A DNA stretch of 64,000 nucleotides from Rickettsiales bacterium. GTDB taxonomy: Bacteria > Pseudomonadota > Alphaproteobacteria > Rickettsiales > UBA1997. The position numbers and the translations under genes were made by a program. The notes beneath the pieces were generated by a model. It had not been told where the DNA came from. It worked only from the letters and a program-made list of their open reading frames with translations, and did not search any database. Where the stretch lies: the NCBI GenBank assembly GCA_021298605.1, contig JAJTDS010000004.1, positions 24,099 through 88,098 on the forward strand. The letters are read 5' to 3'. This document shows, piece after piece, positions 1 to 10,263 of the stretch (the stretch's first letter is position 1; every line of letters begins with the position of its first letter).

Positions 1-674
1 GTAAAAGTTTTATAGATAACTTCGAGCAACAATTAATCGGCAAAAAAGCAGGAGAAGAGCTATTAGTTAAGGTGCAGTTCCCAGAAAACTACCATAATAA
101 AGATTTTTCAGGCAAAAATGCTGAATTTGATGTAAAAATTCATAAAATATTTGAGTCAATAACCCCAGAAATTAACGATCAATTTGTTAAAGAAAACCTA
201 AAATTAGAAAACTTGGAAGAATTAACCAAATTGATTAAAAAAGATATTGAACTATCTCAAAATGAAAATTTTTATCATAAATTCAAAGAAGATATGATAA
301 ACTTTGTTGATTCAAACTATAAATTCGAACTTCCTCAAGAGTTAATAGAAGAAAGATTAAATAACAATCAACAAAACCAACAATCGGAAGATGAAATAAA
401 AAAAATCTTAAAATTTGAAATATTTCTAAATAAGATAGCAAAAGAAAATTCTATAAAACTAGAAAACAAAGATCTTCAACAAGAATTATATGAATTTGGT
501 GTTAAATTCTATGGTCAACATCAAATGGTTATTGATTCTTTCAAAAACAATAAGCATTTTGCCAATATAATAAGTAAAAGTGCTATTGAAAAAAAGATTC
601 TTGAATTTATAACTCAAAATTCTTCAATCAGCAAAAAAGAAGTTTTTGACACTGAAATAGTAGAAAAAATATAA
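1..674 (+). CDS. tig: Trigger factor, C-terminal part (5' end lies outside the window)
   Basis: The frame is open from base 3. It reads 'KSFIDNFEQQLIGKKAGEELLVKVQFPENY..GKNAEFDVKIHKI', typical of the end of the trigger-factor PPIase domain. A helical C-terminal domain follows. Confidence 0.85.
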   Translation, partial: KSFIDNFEQQLIGKKAGEELLVKVQFPENYHNKDFSGKNAEFDVKIHKIFESITPEINDQFVKENLKLENLEELTKLIKKDIELSQNENFYHKFKEDMINFVDSNYKFELPQELIEERLNNNQQNQQSEDEIKKILKFEIFLNKIAKENSIKLENKDLQQELYEFGVKFYGQHQMVIDSFKNNKHFANIISKSAIEKKILEFITQNSSISKKEVFDTEIVEKI

Positions 675-697
675 TCTAAACTTTAAATTTTAAAAAT

Positions 698-1372
698 ATG
701 CATGATTTTCTTGATGCTTTAAAGCTAATTTATTTTCCAATACACCGAGAGGGCTATCCATTTATAATTGCTTTTGCAATTGCAACCGCAATATTAGCTC
801 TTTTTAGTAACTTTTTGGGATTAATTGGAATAGTTGCAACATTATGGTGTGTTTTCTTCTTTAGAGATCCAGAAAGATTTACTCCTCTTGATAAAGATGT
901 GATCATTAGTCCTGCTGATGGCAAGGTTGTTAAAGTTGAATATGGAGTAAATGCTCCTAGCGATCTAGGTTATGGCGATAAGAAATGGAATAAAATTAGT
1001 ATCTTTTTAAATGTTTTCAATGTTCATGTTAATAGAGTTCCTTTATCTGGCACAGTAACAAAAGTTAACTATAAAGCCGGAAAATTCCTTAGTGCAAATG
1101 TTGAAGAAGCAAGCGAGCAAAATGAAAGGAATTCAGTTGTAGTAAAATCAAACAGCGGAGAAGAAATAATATTCGTACAAGTAGCAGGACTAGTTGCCAG
1201 AAGAATTATATCAGAATTAAAAGAAAATCAAGAAGTAAAAATGGGTGATCGCTACGGAATCATAAGATTCGGTAGCAGAGCTGATATTTATCTCCCTGAA
1301 AATATCGAAATAAAATCATTAGTAGGTCAAACCACTATTGGTGGCGAGACAGTGATTGCAAAAATTAAATAA
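698..1372 (+). CDS. psd: Phosphatidylserine decarboxylase proenzyme (short form)
   Basis: 224 aa. N-terminal TM segments and a C-terminal 'IRFGSRADIYLP' self-cleavage (GS) motif. Confidence 0.85.
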   Translation: MHDFLDALKLIYFPIHREGYPFIIAFAIATAILALFSNFLGLIGIVATLWCVFFFRDPERFTPLDKDVIISPADGKVVKVEYGVNAPSDLGYGDKKWNKISIFLNVFNVHVNRVPLSGTVTKVNYKAGKFLSANVEEASEQNERNSVVVKSNSGEEIIFVQVAGLVARRIISELKENQEVKMGDRYGIIRFGSRADIYLPENIEIKSLVGQTTIGGETVIAKIK

Positions 1373-1399
1373 AGATCACTTTAAACTTATTATAAAATT

Positions 1400-2935
1400 A
1401 TGAATTCTTTAAATATTGCAAAACTTGCTTCCAAAAGAGAAGAAGCCAGAATTGGTGGCGGTCAAAAAAGAATTGACCTACAACACTCCAAAGGAAAACT
1501 AACCGCAAGAGAAAGAATAGAAATTTTGTTAGATGCTGATTCATTTGAAGAATATGGTCTATATGTAGAGCATCGCTGTGCCGATTTTGATATGGAAGAT
1601 AAAAAACATCCTGGAGATGGAGTAGTAACTGGACAGGGCACAATTAATGGCAGATTAGTTTTTGTTTATAGTCAAGATTTTACAGTAATGGGAGGATCTC
1701 TTGGCGAATCCCATGCAAGAAAAATATGCTCCATTATGGATAAAGCTGTTCAAGTCGGAGCCCCTATAATTGGCATTAACGACTCTGGAGGAGCAAGAAT
1801 ACAAGAAGGAGTTGATTCATTAGGTGGTTATGGTGAAATTTTTCAAAGAAATGTTGATGCTAGTGGAGTAGTTCCTCAAATATCATTAATAATGGGTCCT
1901 TGTGCTGGAGGAGCAGTTTACTCACCTGCCCTTACTGATTTTGTAATTATGGTAGAAAACTCTTCACATATGTTTGTTACTGGTCCAGAAGTTGTAAAAA
2001 CTGTAACCCATGAAACAATATCACAAGAAGAATTAGGTGGAGCATCTGTTCATGGCTTTAAAAGTGGCGTTGCTCATCTTACATTTAAGAGCGACATTGA
2101 AGCACTACTGCAAACTAGAAGATTAATTAATTTCTTACCCCTTTCCAATAAGGAACAACCGCCATTAATTCCAACCTTTGATGAAGCAGATAGAGTTGAT
2201 GTATCTCTCAATACACTGGTTCCCGAGAACCCAAATCAACCATATGACATGCTAGAATTAATAGAAAAAATTCTTGACGAAAATGATTTTTTTGAAATTC
2301 AACCAAATTATGCAAAAAACATAATTATAGGCTTTGGTAGAATGGAAGGTGAAACTATCGGTGTGGTTGCAAATCAGCCAATGAATCTTGCTGGCTGTCT
2401 TGATATAAAGGCTAGCGAAAAAGCTGCTCGATTTATAAGATTCTGCGATGCCTTTAATATTCCAATAATAACTTTTGTTGATGTTCCAGGATTCTTACCG
2501 GGAACCGATCAAGAGCATAACGGAATTATAAGACACGGAGCAAAATTATTATATGCTTTTGCAGAGGCAACAGTGCCAAAAATTACCGTTATTGCTCGCA
2601 AAGCATATGGTGGTGCCTATATAGTAATGAATTCTAAGCATTTAAATGGCGATGTTAATTATAGCTGGATCAATGCTGAAATAGCTGTTATGGGGCCAGA
2701 AGGGGCAGTAGAAATAATATTTAAAGAAGAAGCTAAAAATCCAGAACAAAAAGCAAAAAAAGTTAATGAATATCGAGAAAAATTCGCATCGCCCTTTGTT
2801 GCAGCATCTCGTGGCTTTATTGATGAAGTTATTCGCCCTCAAAACACTAGAAAAAGGCTATGCAATTCTTTACAAATATTAAAAAACAAAGAGGTAAATA
2901 AACCTTGGAAAAAGCATGATAATCTGCCTTTATAG
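1400..2935 (+). CDS. pccB: Propionyl-CoA carboxylase beta chain / acyl-CoA carboxyltransferase
   Basis: 511 aa. The whole length resembles the carboxyltransferase family (e.g. 'GGSLGE', '[10 protein letters not shown]', '[11 protein letters not shown]'). Confidence 0.9.
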   Translation: MNSLNIAKLASKREEARIGGGQKRIDLQHSKGKLTARERIEILLDADSFEEYGLYVEHRCADFDMEDKKHPGDGVVTGQGTINGRLVFVYSQDFTVMGGSLGESHARKICSIMDKAVQVGAPIIGINDSGGARIQEGVDSLGGYGEIFQRNVDASGVVPQISLIMGPCAGGAVYSPALTDFVIMVENSSHMFVTGPEVVKTVTHETISQEELGGASVHGFKSGVAHLTFKSDIEALLQTRRLINFLPLSNKEQPPLIPTFDEADRVDVSLNTLVPENPNQPYDMLELIEKILDENDFFEIQPNYAKNIIIGFGRMEGETIGVVANQPMNLAGCLDIKASEKAARFIRFCDAFNIPIITFVDVPGFLPGTDQEHNGIIRHGAKLLYAFAEATVPKITVIARKAYGGAYIVMNSKHLNGDVNYSWINAEIAVMGPEGAVEIIFKEEAKNPEQKAKKVNEYREKFASPFVAASRGFIDEVIRPQNTRKRLCNSLQILKNKEVNKPWKKHDNLPL

Positions 2936-3053
2936 CCTAACACTTATTTAAAATTTTATACACACTAAATATCGCAAATAAATAAATTGACAGAGACAAA
3001 AAAGTGGTTAAATTAAAATTTTTTCTAAACACATTTTTTTACTATCCTCATAC

Positions 3054-4517
3054 ATGAATTATCGAATCAATAAAAAAATAGTTGCAATTTCAATTTTCCT
3101 AATATTATCACTTTTTAACAAGACTACCACTGCCAAAAGCAACAACCCAAAAAAGGTTACTAATTCAGAAAATCAAAAAAATCTTATCTCATATGACTTT
3201 GCTGACAAAGTTGAAAAACTATTGCCCACTGTAGTCAATATATCAACTGTTCAATCGGTTAACCTAAACCAACAGACTCTTGAAAAATTAGGATTAAAAA
3301 ATATTTTTTCTGAAAAGGCTCTTGAAGAATTAAGGCAAAATATTGAGAAACAACTTACTAATTCAGAAAAACTATCCTCAATAGGCTCCGGTTTTATAAT
3401 CTCAAAAGATGGCTTGATAGTTACTAATCAACATGTAATCGACAATGCCTCTAAAATCAATATTAATTTATCAGATGGCTCAAAATACGAAGCAAAAATA
3501 TTAGGCTTTGACAAAAAAACTGACTTAGCCTTATTAAAAATTAACACAAAAAAAGAGTTACCTTTTGTAAAATTTGGCGATTCAAATAAATCAAGAATTG
3601 GTGATCCAGTTATTGTTATAGGCAATCCTTATGGCCTCGGAGGATCAGTGTCGTCTGGTATAATTTCTTATCTTGGAAGAGATATAAACAGACAACAATC
3701 AGATGAATTTATTCAAACAGATGCCGCAATCAATAAAGGAAATTCAGGTGGACCGATGTTTAGCATTAATGGAGAAGTTATAGGAGTTAGCACAATAATA
3801 TTCTCACCATCAGGGGGAAGTGTTGGAATAGGCTTTGCCACTCCATCAAATGTAGTTGAAAAAATTATTAAACAATTACAAGAAAAAGGCAATATTACTC
3901 GCGGTTGGATAGGAATTACAATTCAAGAAGTTGATGAAAATATAGCTACTTCACTGGAAATGAAAAATCCACAAGGAGCAATAGTAGTAAATGTTGCTGA
4001 TAATAGTCCCGCTTCAGATTCAGGAATTATAGCAGGAGATGTAATATTAAAGTTCAATAATCAAGAAATAAAGCAAGCAAAAACATTGCCAAAACTAGTT
4101 TCTCAATATCCAATAGATAAAGAGGCAGATATAAAATTGCTAAGCAATGGAAATATAAAAAATATTAAGATAAAAATCTCAAAAATGACTGAGGAACCTA
4201 TAAAAAACAACAAAAAAACCGATAACTCAAATAAAATAATTGGAATGTCTTTATTAAAAGTATCTACAGAAAAAAATTCTTCAAAAGAAAATCAAATAGA
4301 AGGTTTACTGGTTATTGATGTAGAGAATATTTCAATTGCTAAGAAAAATGGCATAATTGCCAATGATATAATAATACTTGCCAATCAAAAACAAGTCAAA
4401 GCAACAGATGATTTAAGAAAAATTATAGAAGAATCTAAAAATGGAGGTAAAAAAATTACTTTACTAATAAAAAGAATGCAACAAAACATAATTCTAAATC
4501 TCTCTTTGGAAGAATAA
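3054..4517 (+). CDS. htrA: Periplasmic serine endoprotease, HtrA/DegP family
   Basis: Signal peptide. Catalytic triad contexts 'TNQHVI', 'DLALLKI' and 'GNSGGPMF'. Two PDZ-like C-terminal segments. Confidence 0.9.
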   Translation: MNYRINKKIVAISIFLILSLFNKTTTAKSNNPKKVTNSENQKNLISYDFADKVEKLLPTVVNISTVQSVNLNQQTLEKLGLKNIFSEKALEELRQNIEKQLTNSEKLSSIGSGFIISKDGLIVTNQHVIDNASKININLSDGSKYEAKILGFDKKTDLALLKINTKKELPFVKFGDSNKSRIGDPVIVIGNPYGLGGSVSSGIISYLGRDINRQQSDEFIQTDAAINKGNSGGPMFSINGEVIGVSTIIFSPSGGSVGIGFATPSNVVEKIIKQLQEKGNITRGWIGITIQEVDENIATSLEMKNPQGAIVVNVADNSPASDSGIIAGDVILKFNNQEIKQAKTLPKLVSQYPIDKEADIKLLSNGNIKNIKIKISKMTEEPIKNNKKTDNSNKIIGMSLLKVSTEKNSSKENQIEGLLVIDVENISIAKKNGIIANDIIILANQKQVKATDDLRKIIEESKNGGKKITLLIKRMQQNIILNLSLEE

Positions 4518-4519
4518 TT

Positions 4520-4870
4520 ATGAAAAAAATCATTGCTAAAATTATAGTAAAATTTTTATTTTTAACAATATTTACAAGCTTAACAACATCCTGCCAGCTA
4601 TTTGTCGAGCCTTTACCAAAAAGCTGGAACTGGGGAACTAAATCAAGGCCTTTAACTGGTGTTAGGGGGTTTCCTGAAGCCGATACATACTACGGCAAGG
4701 GTTTTAAAGATGGCTGTGAAAGTGCTTGGTCAAAAGTTGGAAGGGGCTATGCCCTCACCTTAAAAACTCGCTTTAACTATCAATATACTAAAGAAAGCCC
4801 AGATTACAATGTTGGTTGGTTTGATGGTTTTGAGCAATGCACCTATATTATTGACTTTGATGTAACATAA
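4520..4870 (+). CDS. Small lipoprotein with 'GFKDGC' motif, function unknown
   Basis: Lipobox 'LTTSC'. Starts 2 bp after the htrA stop. Paralogous to the ORF at 6390-6944. Confidence 0.55.
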   Translation: MKKIIAKIIVKFLFLTIFTSLTTSCQLFVEPLPKSWNWGTKSRPLTGVRGFPEADTYYGKGFKDGCESAWSKVGRGYALTLKTRFNYQYTKESPDYNVGWFDGFEQCTYIIDFDVT

Positions 4871-4883
4871 AAATATTATAAAA

Positions 4884-5870
4884 ATGAATAAATTAATTAC
4901 AATTTTTGGCGGAACTGGTTTTGTTGGCAAAAACCTTATAAACAACCTTATAAAACAAGGCTTTACAGTACAAATTATTAGTAGAGATATTTCAAAAGCA
5001 AAAAGTTTAACAACATTTGCTGGACCAGATTTTTTAAAAATTGCAAAATGGAATTATCAACTTCCTAAAGAATATAACTTAAAAGAAAACTACAAAACAC
5101 CAGAAGAACTAAAAAACGAAGATATAATAAAGAAAATTATTAAAGGAAGCTATGCGGTTGTAAATTTAGTCGGAATTTTATATGAAAATAAAAAAGGAGA
5201 TTTTTACAAATTTCATCATAATCTTGCTGGTTATTTAGCTAGAATAAGCCAAGAAGTTGGGGTTAAAAAATTTATTCATCTTTCTGCACTAGGAATAGAT
5301 ATAAAAAATAATTCAAAATATTGCGATAGCAAATTAAAAGGAGAATCAGCAGTTTTATCGCAATTTCCTGATGCGACAATTCTAAGACCATCAATAATAT
5401 TTGGTCAAAATGATAATTTCTTTAACCGTTTTGCTAATGATTTTAGAAAAGCACCAATTGCACCAATTATAAATCACGGCAAAACAAAATTTCAGCCAAT
5501 TTTTGTAGAAGATTTAATTAAAATTATTACAAAATCAATTAATTGCGAAGATATTAAAAATAAAATAAATGGCAAAATATTTGAAATTAGCGGTCCAAAA
5601 ATTTATGATTTTAAACAGTTAATGACAATCACCGCAAAATATCTTAACAAAAAAATATATTTTATTAATATTAATTTTAGAACAGCATTCTTATTGGCTT
5701 GGCTTTTAGAATTTTTTACCAAAAATATCCTTACTTACGATCAAGTAAAAATATTAAAATATGATAATATAGCCACCAATCAAGATTTTGTAAATATTTT
5801 TAATATAAATTTAGCAATGCTAGAAAACATTGTGCCTAGCTATATAAAACCAAAAAAAATTACTTTTTAA
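4884..5870 (+). CDS. NAD(P)-binding epimerase/dehydratase-fold protein, complex I NDUFA9-like
   Basis: N-terminal Rossmann motif 'IFGGTGFVGKNL'. At 328 aa, its length and layout match alphaproteobacterial NDUFA9 homologues. Confidence 0.7.
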   Translation: MNKLITIFGGTGFVGKNLINNLIKQGFTVQIISRDISKAKSLTTFAGPDFLKIAKWNYQLPKEYNLKENYKTPEELKNEDIIKKIIKGSYAVVNLVGILYENKKGDFYKFHHNLAGYLARISQEVGVKKFIHLSALGIDIKNNSKYCDSKLKGESAVLSQFPDATILRPSIIFGQNDNFFNRFANDFRKAPIAPIINHGKTKFQPIFVEDLIKIITKSINCEDIKNKINGKIFEISGPKIYDFKQLMTITAKYLNKKIYFININFRTAFLLAWLLEFFTKNILTYDQVKILKYDNIATNQDFVNIFNINLAMLENIVPSYIKPKKITF

Positions 5871-5874
5871 TTTA

Positions 5875-6390
5875 ATGTTAGAAACAAAAACTACAAAAAT
5901 TAATATTGACTCTTCAAGAGAAGCAATAAAAGCGATAGCTTTAAAACTAGAATCTCTAGGTGTTGCAGGAGAAATGGCAACAAATTCTAAACTAGAACAC
6001 AAAAAAGAGAATGAAATAAAAATGCTAATAAAGCTTCAAGAAATACAACAGCAAAAACTTCTGGATAGCCAAATAAAAGAGCTAGAACAAAAGCAATTTA
6101 AAGAATTAATGGCGGAATTAGAAAAAATAAATAAAAAAGATGAGATTTTTACAAATTTAAAAAAGCAAGAAGATTTGGTAAAAAACCAAGAACCCTCAAT
6201 TAATCAAGGATTGTTCGATATGGTTAATATTATTAGCGAAACAATATCCGATCTAAAAAAACAAGGGATTGATTTTTCAATTAGAACTGAAAATTTAGAT
6301 AATTCTTCAGAAAAATCTTCTCTTTTAATTACCATTAATGAAAATCAAAATTTACCGAATAAAAATCAAACAAATCAACAAAATAGATAA
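5875..6390 (+). CDS. Hypothetical coiled-coil protein
   Basis: 171 aa, rich in K, E and Q. Its stop overlaps the start of the next lipoprotein gene by 1 nt (TAATG). I recognise no family. Confidence 0.4.
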   Translation: MLETKTTKINIDSSREAIKAIALKLESLGVAGEMATNSKLEHKKENEIKMLIKLQEIQQQKLLDSQIKELEQKQFKELMAELEKINKKDEIFTNLKKQEDLVKNQEPSINQGLFDMVNIISETISDLKKQGIDFSIRTENLDNSSEKSSLLITINENQNLPNKNQTNQQNR

Positions 6391-6944
6391 TGAAAATATT
6401 GATTAAAATACTTCCTTTTATTATAGCAACACAATTTATATCTTCTTGTGCTTGGATAAAAAATGCCACCACACCATATTTTGCTTTTACTAATTTTAAA
6501 GTACCAGATGGTACCCCTAAATTTCAAGCCGGCTATAAAGATGGCTGTTCTACAGCTTTATATTCAAGAGGAACGATTCTTTATCGCAATCGCTATAGCT
6601 ATAAATTTAACCCTAAAATGATAGATGATCCAGAATATAATTTCGGACATAATCGTGGCTATGGATGGTGTTTTATGAATGCAGTAGGAGCATCAGGAAT
6701 CAGAGGCTCGGGAGTTGATACTATTCACCCATATGAAAGCCATGGATATGATCCAACTCATAATCCATCAAGCATTAAGAGCTTTGGTGGCTTAATGTCA
6801 AATAAACAAATGTGGAAAATGAATTATTACAATATTAATGATGTTTTTTCACCTTTTAAATATGGAACAGATGGCTCAAGCACTTTAACCAATAATTTAT
6901 TATGGAGCAGTGGGTATAGTGGCGGATTCTTTACTTTTAAATAA
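6390..6944 (+). CDS. Lipoprotein with 'GYKDGC' motif, function unknown
   Basis: Lipobox 'ISSC'. The core 'GYKDGCSTA...PEYNFG...GYGWC' aligns with the ORF at 4520-4870. Confidence 0.55.
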   Translation: MKILIKILPFIIATQFISSCAWIKNATTPYFAFTNFKVPDGTPKFQAGYKDGCSTALYSRGTILYRNRYSYKFNPKMIDDPEYNFGHNRGYGWCFMNAVGASGIRGSGVDTIHPYESHGYDPTHNPSSIKSFGGLMSNKQMWKMNYYNINDVFSPFKYGTDGSSTLTNNLLWSSGYSGGFFTFK

Positions 6945-7025
6945 AAATGTTTGAAAATTAATATTAATAAAACAAAATCAAATAAATAAAATTTATTTAT
7001 AAATCAAAATTAAAAACAAATAACT

Positions 7026-8045
7026 ATGAAAAACAACAGAAAAATTGCAGTTGTTGGAGCAACTGGCAATGTTGGCAGAGAAATATTAAATATACTTGCT
7101 GAAAGAGAATTCCCGGCTAGCGAAGTGATTGCTTTAGCATCCGCTAATTCAATTGGTAAAAAAGTTTCATTTGGCAATCAAGATCTCGAGGTTCAAGTTC
7201 TTGATAATTTTGATTTCACAGAAACATCAATTGCACTATTTTCCCCCGGTGGAAAAGTTTCAGCAATATATGCTCCAAAAGCAGCTAGTCAAGGTTGTAT
7301 AGTCATTGATAATACATCTCATTTTAGAATGGAAGAAGATATCCCTTTAATTATTCCTGAAGTAAATCCAGAAGCAATTTCTCAATATAAAAAAAGAAGA
7401 ATCATCGCCAACCCAAATTGCTCTACTATTCAAATGCTAGTAGCTCTAAAACCACTTCATGATTATGCTGGAATCAAAAGAATTGTAGTTTCAACTTATC
7501 AAGCAACCTCTGGAGCTGGAAAAGAAGCAATGGATGAACTATTTAACTCCACAAAAAGAATATATGAAAATTCAATTGAAAGCCCTAAAAAATTTAGCAA
7601 AAGAATATCGTTTAATGTCATACCGCAAATTGATAGTTTTATGAGCGATGGTTATACAAAAGAAGAGTGGAAAATGAAGGTTGAAACGAAAAAAATTCTT
7701 GATCCAAAAATTGAAGTTGAAGCAACTTGTGTTAGAGTTCCAGTTTTCAATTGCCATTCAGAATCAGTAAATGTTGAGTTTAACAATCCAATTTCAGCAA
7801 AGAAAGCTCGCGAACTACTTGAAAATTGCAATGGTGTTCTAGTAATTGACAATCCAGAATCTATGCATTTTGCAACTCCAGCAGAATGTTCAACAAAAGA
7901 TGAAGTTTTTGTTTCTAGAATCAGAGAGGATAAATCAATAAAAAATGGACTCTCAATGTGGATAGTTTCTGATAATCTAAGAAAAGGAGCCGCATTAAAT
8001 GCTGTTCAAATTGCAGAAATTTTAATTAAAGACCATCAAATATAA
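7026..8045 (+). CDS. asd: Aspartate-semialdehyde dehydrogenase
   Basis: 'VVGATGNVGRE' NAD(P)-binding motif and 'NPNCSTI' active-site Cys. 339 aa. Confidence 0.9.
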   Translation: MKNNRKIAVVGATGNVGREILNILAEREFPASEVIALASANSIGKKVSFGNQDLEVQVLDNFDFTETSIALFSPGGKVSAIYAPKAASQGCIVIDNTSHFRMEEDIPLIIPEVNPEAISQYKKRRIIANPNCSTIQMLVALKPLHDYAGIKRIVVSTYQATSGAGKEAMDELFNSTKRIYENSIESPKKFSKRISFNVIPQIDSFMSDGYTKEEWKMKVETKKILDPKIEVEATCVRVPVFNCHSESVNVEFNNPISAKKARELLENCNGVLVIDNPESMHFATPAECSTKDEVFVSRIREDKSIKNGLSMWIVSDNLRKGAALNAVQIAEILIKDHQI

Positions 8046-8053
8046 AAACAAAC

Positions 8054-8611
8054 ATGATTAACGAATTTACCGATAAAGCAAGAAAAAAAATGGAAGAAAC
8101 CTGCAATTCTCTCAAGAGAGATATGGACAGCATTTCAACCGGAAGAGCAAACCCAACTCTTCTTGACCCAATAAGAGCCGAAGTTTATGGAGATATGATG
8201 CCACTTTCTCAACTAGCGAATGTTTCAGTACTAGATTCCAGCACTCTTTCAATTCAATTATGGGATAAAAGCAATGTTAAAGCCGTAGAAAAAGCAATTC
8301 AAAATTCCAATCTTGGCATAAACCCAATGGTTGATGGCACCCTAATCAGAATTAACATCCCAAAACTTAGCGAAGAAAGAAGGAAAGAATTATCTAAATT
8401 AGCTAAAAAATATGGCGAAGATAAAAAAGTTGCAGTTCGAAATATCAGAAGGGATATTATTGATGAATTTAAAAGAAGAGAAAAAGAGCTAGGAGCTTCA
8501 AAAGATCAAATTCATTCCGTTAATGATGCAATACAAAAAATTACCGATGAATTTGTTAAAAAATTCGACGAAATTGTTGCAAATAAAGAAAAAGATTTAA
8601 TGAAAATATAG
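8054..8611 (+). CDS. frr: Ribosome recycling factor
   Basis: 185 aa. 'RTGRANPTLLD' and 'VRNIRRD' signatures. Confidence 0.95.
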   Translation: MINEFTDKARKKMEETCNSLKRDMDSISTGRANPTLLDPIRAEVYGDMMPLSQLANVSVLDSSTLSIQLWDKSNVKAVEKAIQNSNLGINPMVDGTLIRINIPKLSEERRKELSKLAKKYGEDKKVAVRNIRRDIIDEFKRREKELGASKDQIHSVNDAIQKITDEFVKKFDEIVANKEKDLMKI

Positions 8612-8650
8612 CAATATATTTTTATAAATCCCTAAATTCTCAATAGTTAA

Positions 8651-9460
8651 ATGATTAAAATACTTACTAAATATTTTTTCAATAAAAAATTTAGTGAACT
8701 TATATCAAAATATCTGCAAAAAATTATCAAAAATTATGATGGTGGCAGTTTAGAAACAAATCTAAAAATTCCTAAACATTTAGCCATAATTATGGATGGA
8801 AATGCTAGATGGGCAAAAAATAATAATTTAGAATTAAAAGATGGACATAATTTTGGTTGCGAAAATATCGAACTAATAACTAATCAATGTCTTAATATGG
8901 GGATAAAATATTTAACTTTATATGCTTTTTCGTCAGAAAATTGGCAAAGACCGCAAAATGAGGTTTCTTATTTACTTGACTTATTAAAATTCTATCTTGA
9001 TTATAAGATTGAAAAACTAAATCAAGCTGGAGTAAAGATTTTAGTTTCCGGAAGGCTTGAAAACCTAGAAGAATCCTTAATTGACAAAATAAAATCAATC
9101 GAGAATCTTACTAGCAACAACCAAAAAATTGTTCTCAATATTGCTTTTAGCTATGGAGGAAGAGAGGAAATAAAAGAAGGATTAATTAAAATTGCAAAAA
9201 AAGTTTTAGCAAAAGAAATTGATATAAAGGATATTGATGAAGATAGTTTTAAAAAATATTTATATCAACCTGAAATTCCAGATCCAGATCTTTTAATAAG
9301 AACAGGAGGAGATATGAGAATCAGTAATTTTTTATTATGGCAAATTGCTTATAGTGAACTATATTTTACTGAAACATTATGGCCAGATTTTAAAAATCGT
9401 GAGTTAAAAAAAGCTATTATTAATTTTAATAAAAGAAAAAGAACCTATGGAAAAAGATAA
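8651..9460 (+). CDS. uppS: Undecaprenyl diphosphate synthase
   Basis: 'HLAIIMDGNARWA', 'YAFSSENWQRP' and 'LIRTGG..R.SNFLLWQ' motifs. The true start may lie downstream of 8651. Confidence 0.9.
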   Translation: MIKILTKYFFNKKFSELISKYLQKIIKNYDGGSLETNLKIPKHLAIIMDGNARWAKNNNLELKDGHNFGCENIELITNQCLNMGIKYLTLYAFSSENWQRPQNEVSYLLDLLKFYLDYKIEKLNQAGVKILVSGRLENLEESLIDKIKSIENLTSNNQKIVLNIAFSYGGREEIKEGLIKIAKKVLAKEIDIKDIDEDSFKKYLYQPEIPDPDLLIRTGGDMRISNFLLWQIAYSELYFTETLWPDFKNRELKKAIINFNKRKRTYGKR

Positions 9461-10205
9461 AAAACTACTAAATATCACAAAGTTCATATTTATAACAATT
9501 AAAACAATATTAAAATTTTTAATCAAATATATTAAAATCAATAATAGTGGGGAAAATCTTAGAAAAAGAATTATCAGCTCTTTGATTCTTATTCCATTTG
9601 CAATATATGCAATATTCTTTTCAATAAACTTATTTATAGCAATAGCCCTTGCTATTACAATATTAATGACTATGGAATGGCAAGAAATTATAAAGCCAGC
9701 TGAAGAATATAAAAAGTGGCAAATAATTGGAGTTTTTTATATTTTAATTCCTATTTACTCAGTAATAAAAATTAGATTGCTAAATGGAGAGCAAAATGGA
9801 GCTCAAATATTACTATGGATGTTTGCAATTATTTGGTCAACTGATATTATGGCATTCTTTATTGGAAAATCATTTGGTGGTCCAAAAATTGCACCCCATA
9901 TCAGCCCTAACAAAACTTGGTCTGGTGCGATTGGCGGTCTGATAACTAGTGCAACAATTGGAGTCATAAGTGCATCTGTATTATTTAAAGGCAGTATTAC
10001 TTTTTTTATTGCAATTAGTATAATTTTGTCGATTATTGAACAGGTTAGTGATTTGATAGAATCAAAAATTAAAAGAACTTTTGGAGTAAAAGATTCAGGA
10101 AACATAATACCTGGTCATGGCGGAGTACTTGACAGACTTGATGGAATGATATTAGTCGCTCCTGCCGTTCTTTTTTTGTTAATCTTTTTTGAAAATAACT
10201 TTTAG
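9447..10205 (+). CDS. cdsA: Phosphatidate cytidylyltransferase
   Basis: Polytopic membrane protein with the C-terminal signature 'SDLIESKIKRTFGVKDSGNIIPGHGGVLDRLD'. Overlaps uppS by 14 nt. Confidence 0.85.
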   Translation: MEKDKKLLNITKFIFITIKTILKFLIKYIKINNSGENLRKRIISSLILIPFAIYAIFFSINLFIAIALAITILMTMEWQEIIKPAEEYKKWQIIGVFYILIPIYSVIKIRLLNGEQNGAQILLWMFAIIWSTDIMAFFIGKSFGGPKIAPHISPNKTWSGAIGGLITSATIGVISASVLFKGSITFFIAISIILSIIEQVSDLIESKIKRTFGVKDSGNIIPGHGGVLDRLDGMILVAPAVLFLLIFFENNF

Positions 10206-10263
10206 TTATTGATATAAAATTACCAATTAAACAAAATATAAAAAAAATAAATTTATTAATAAA

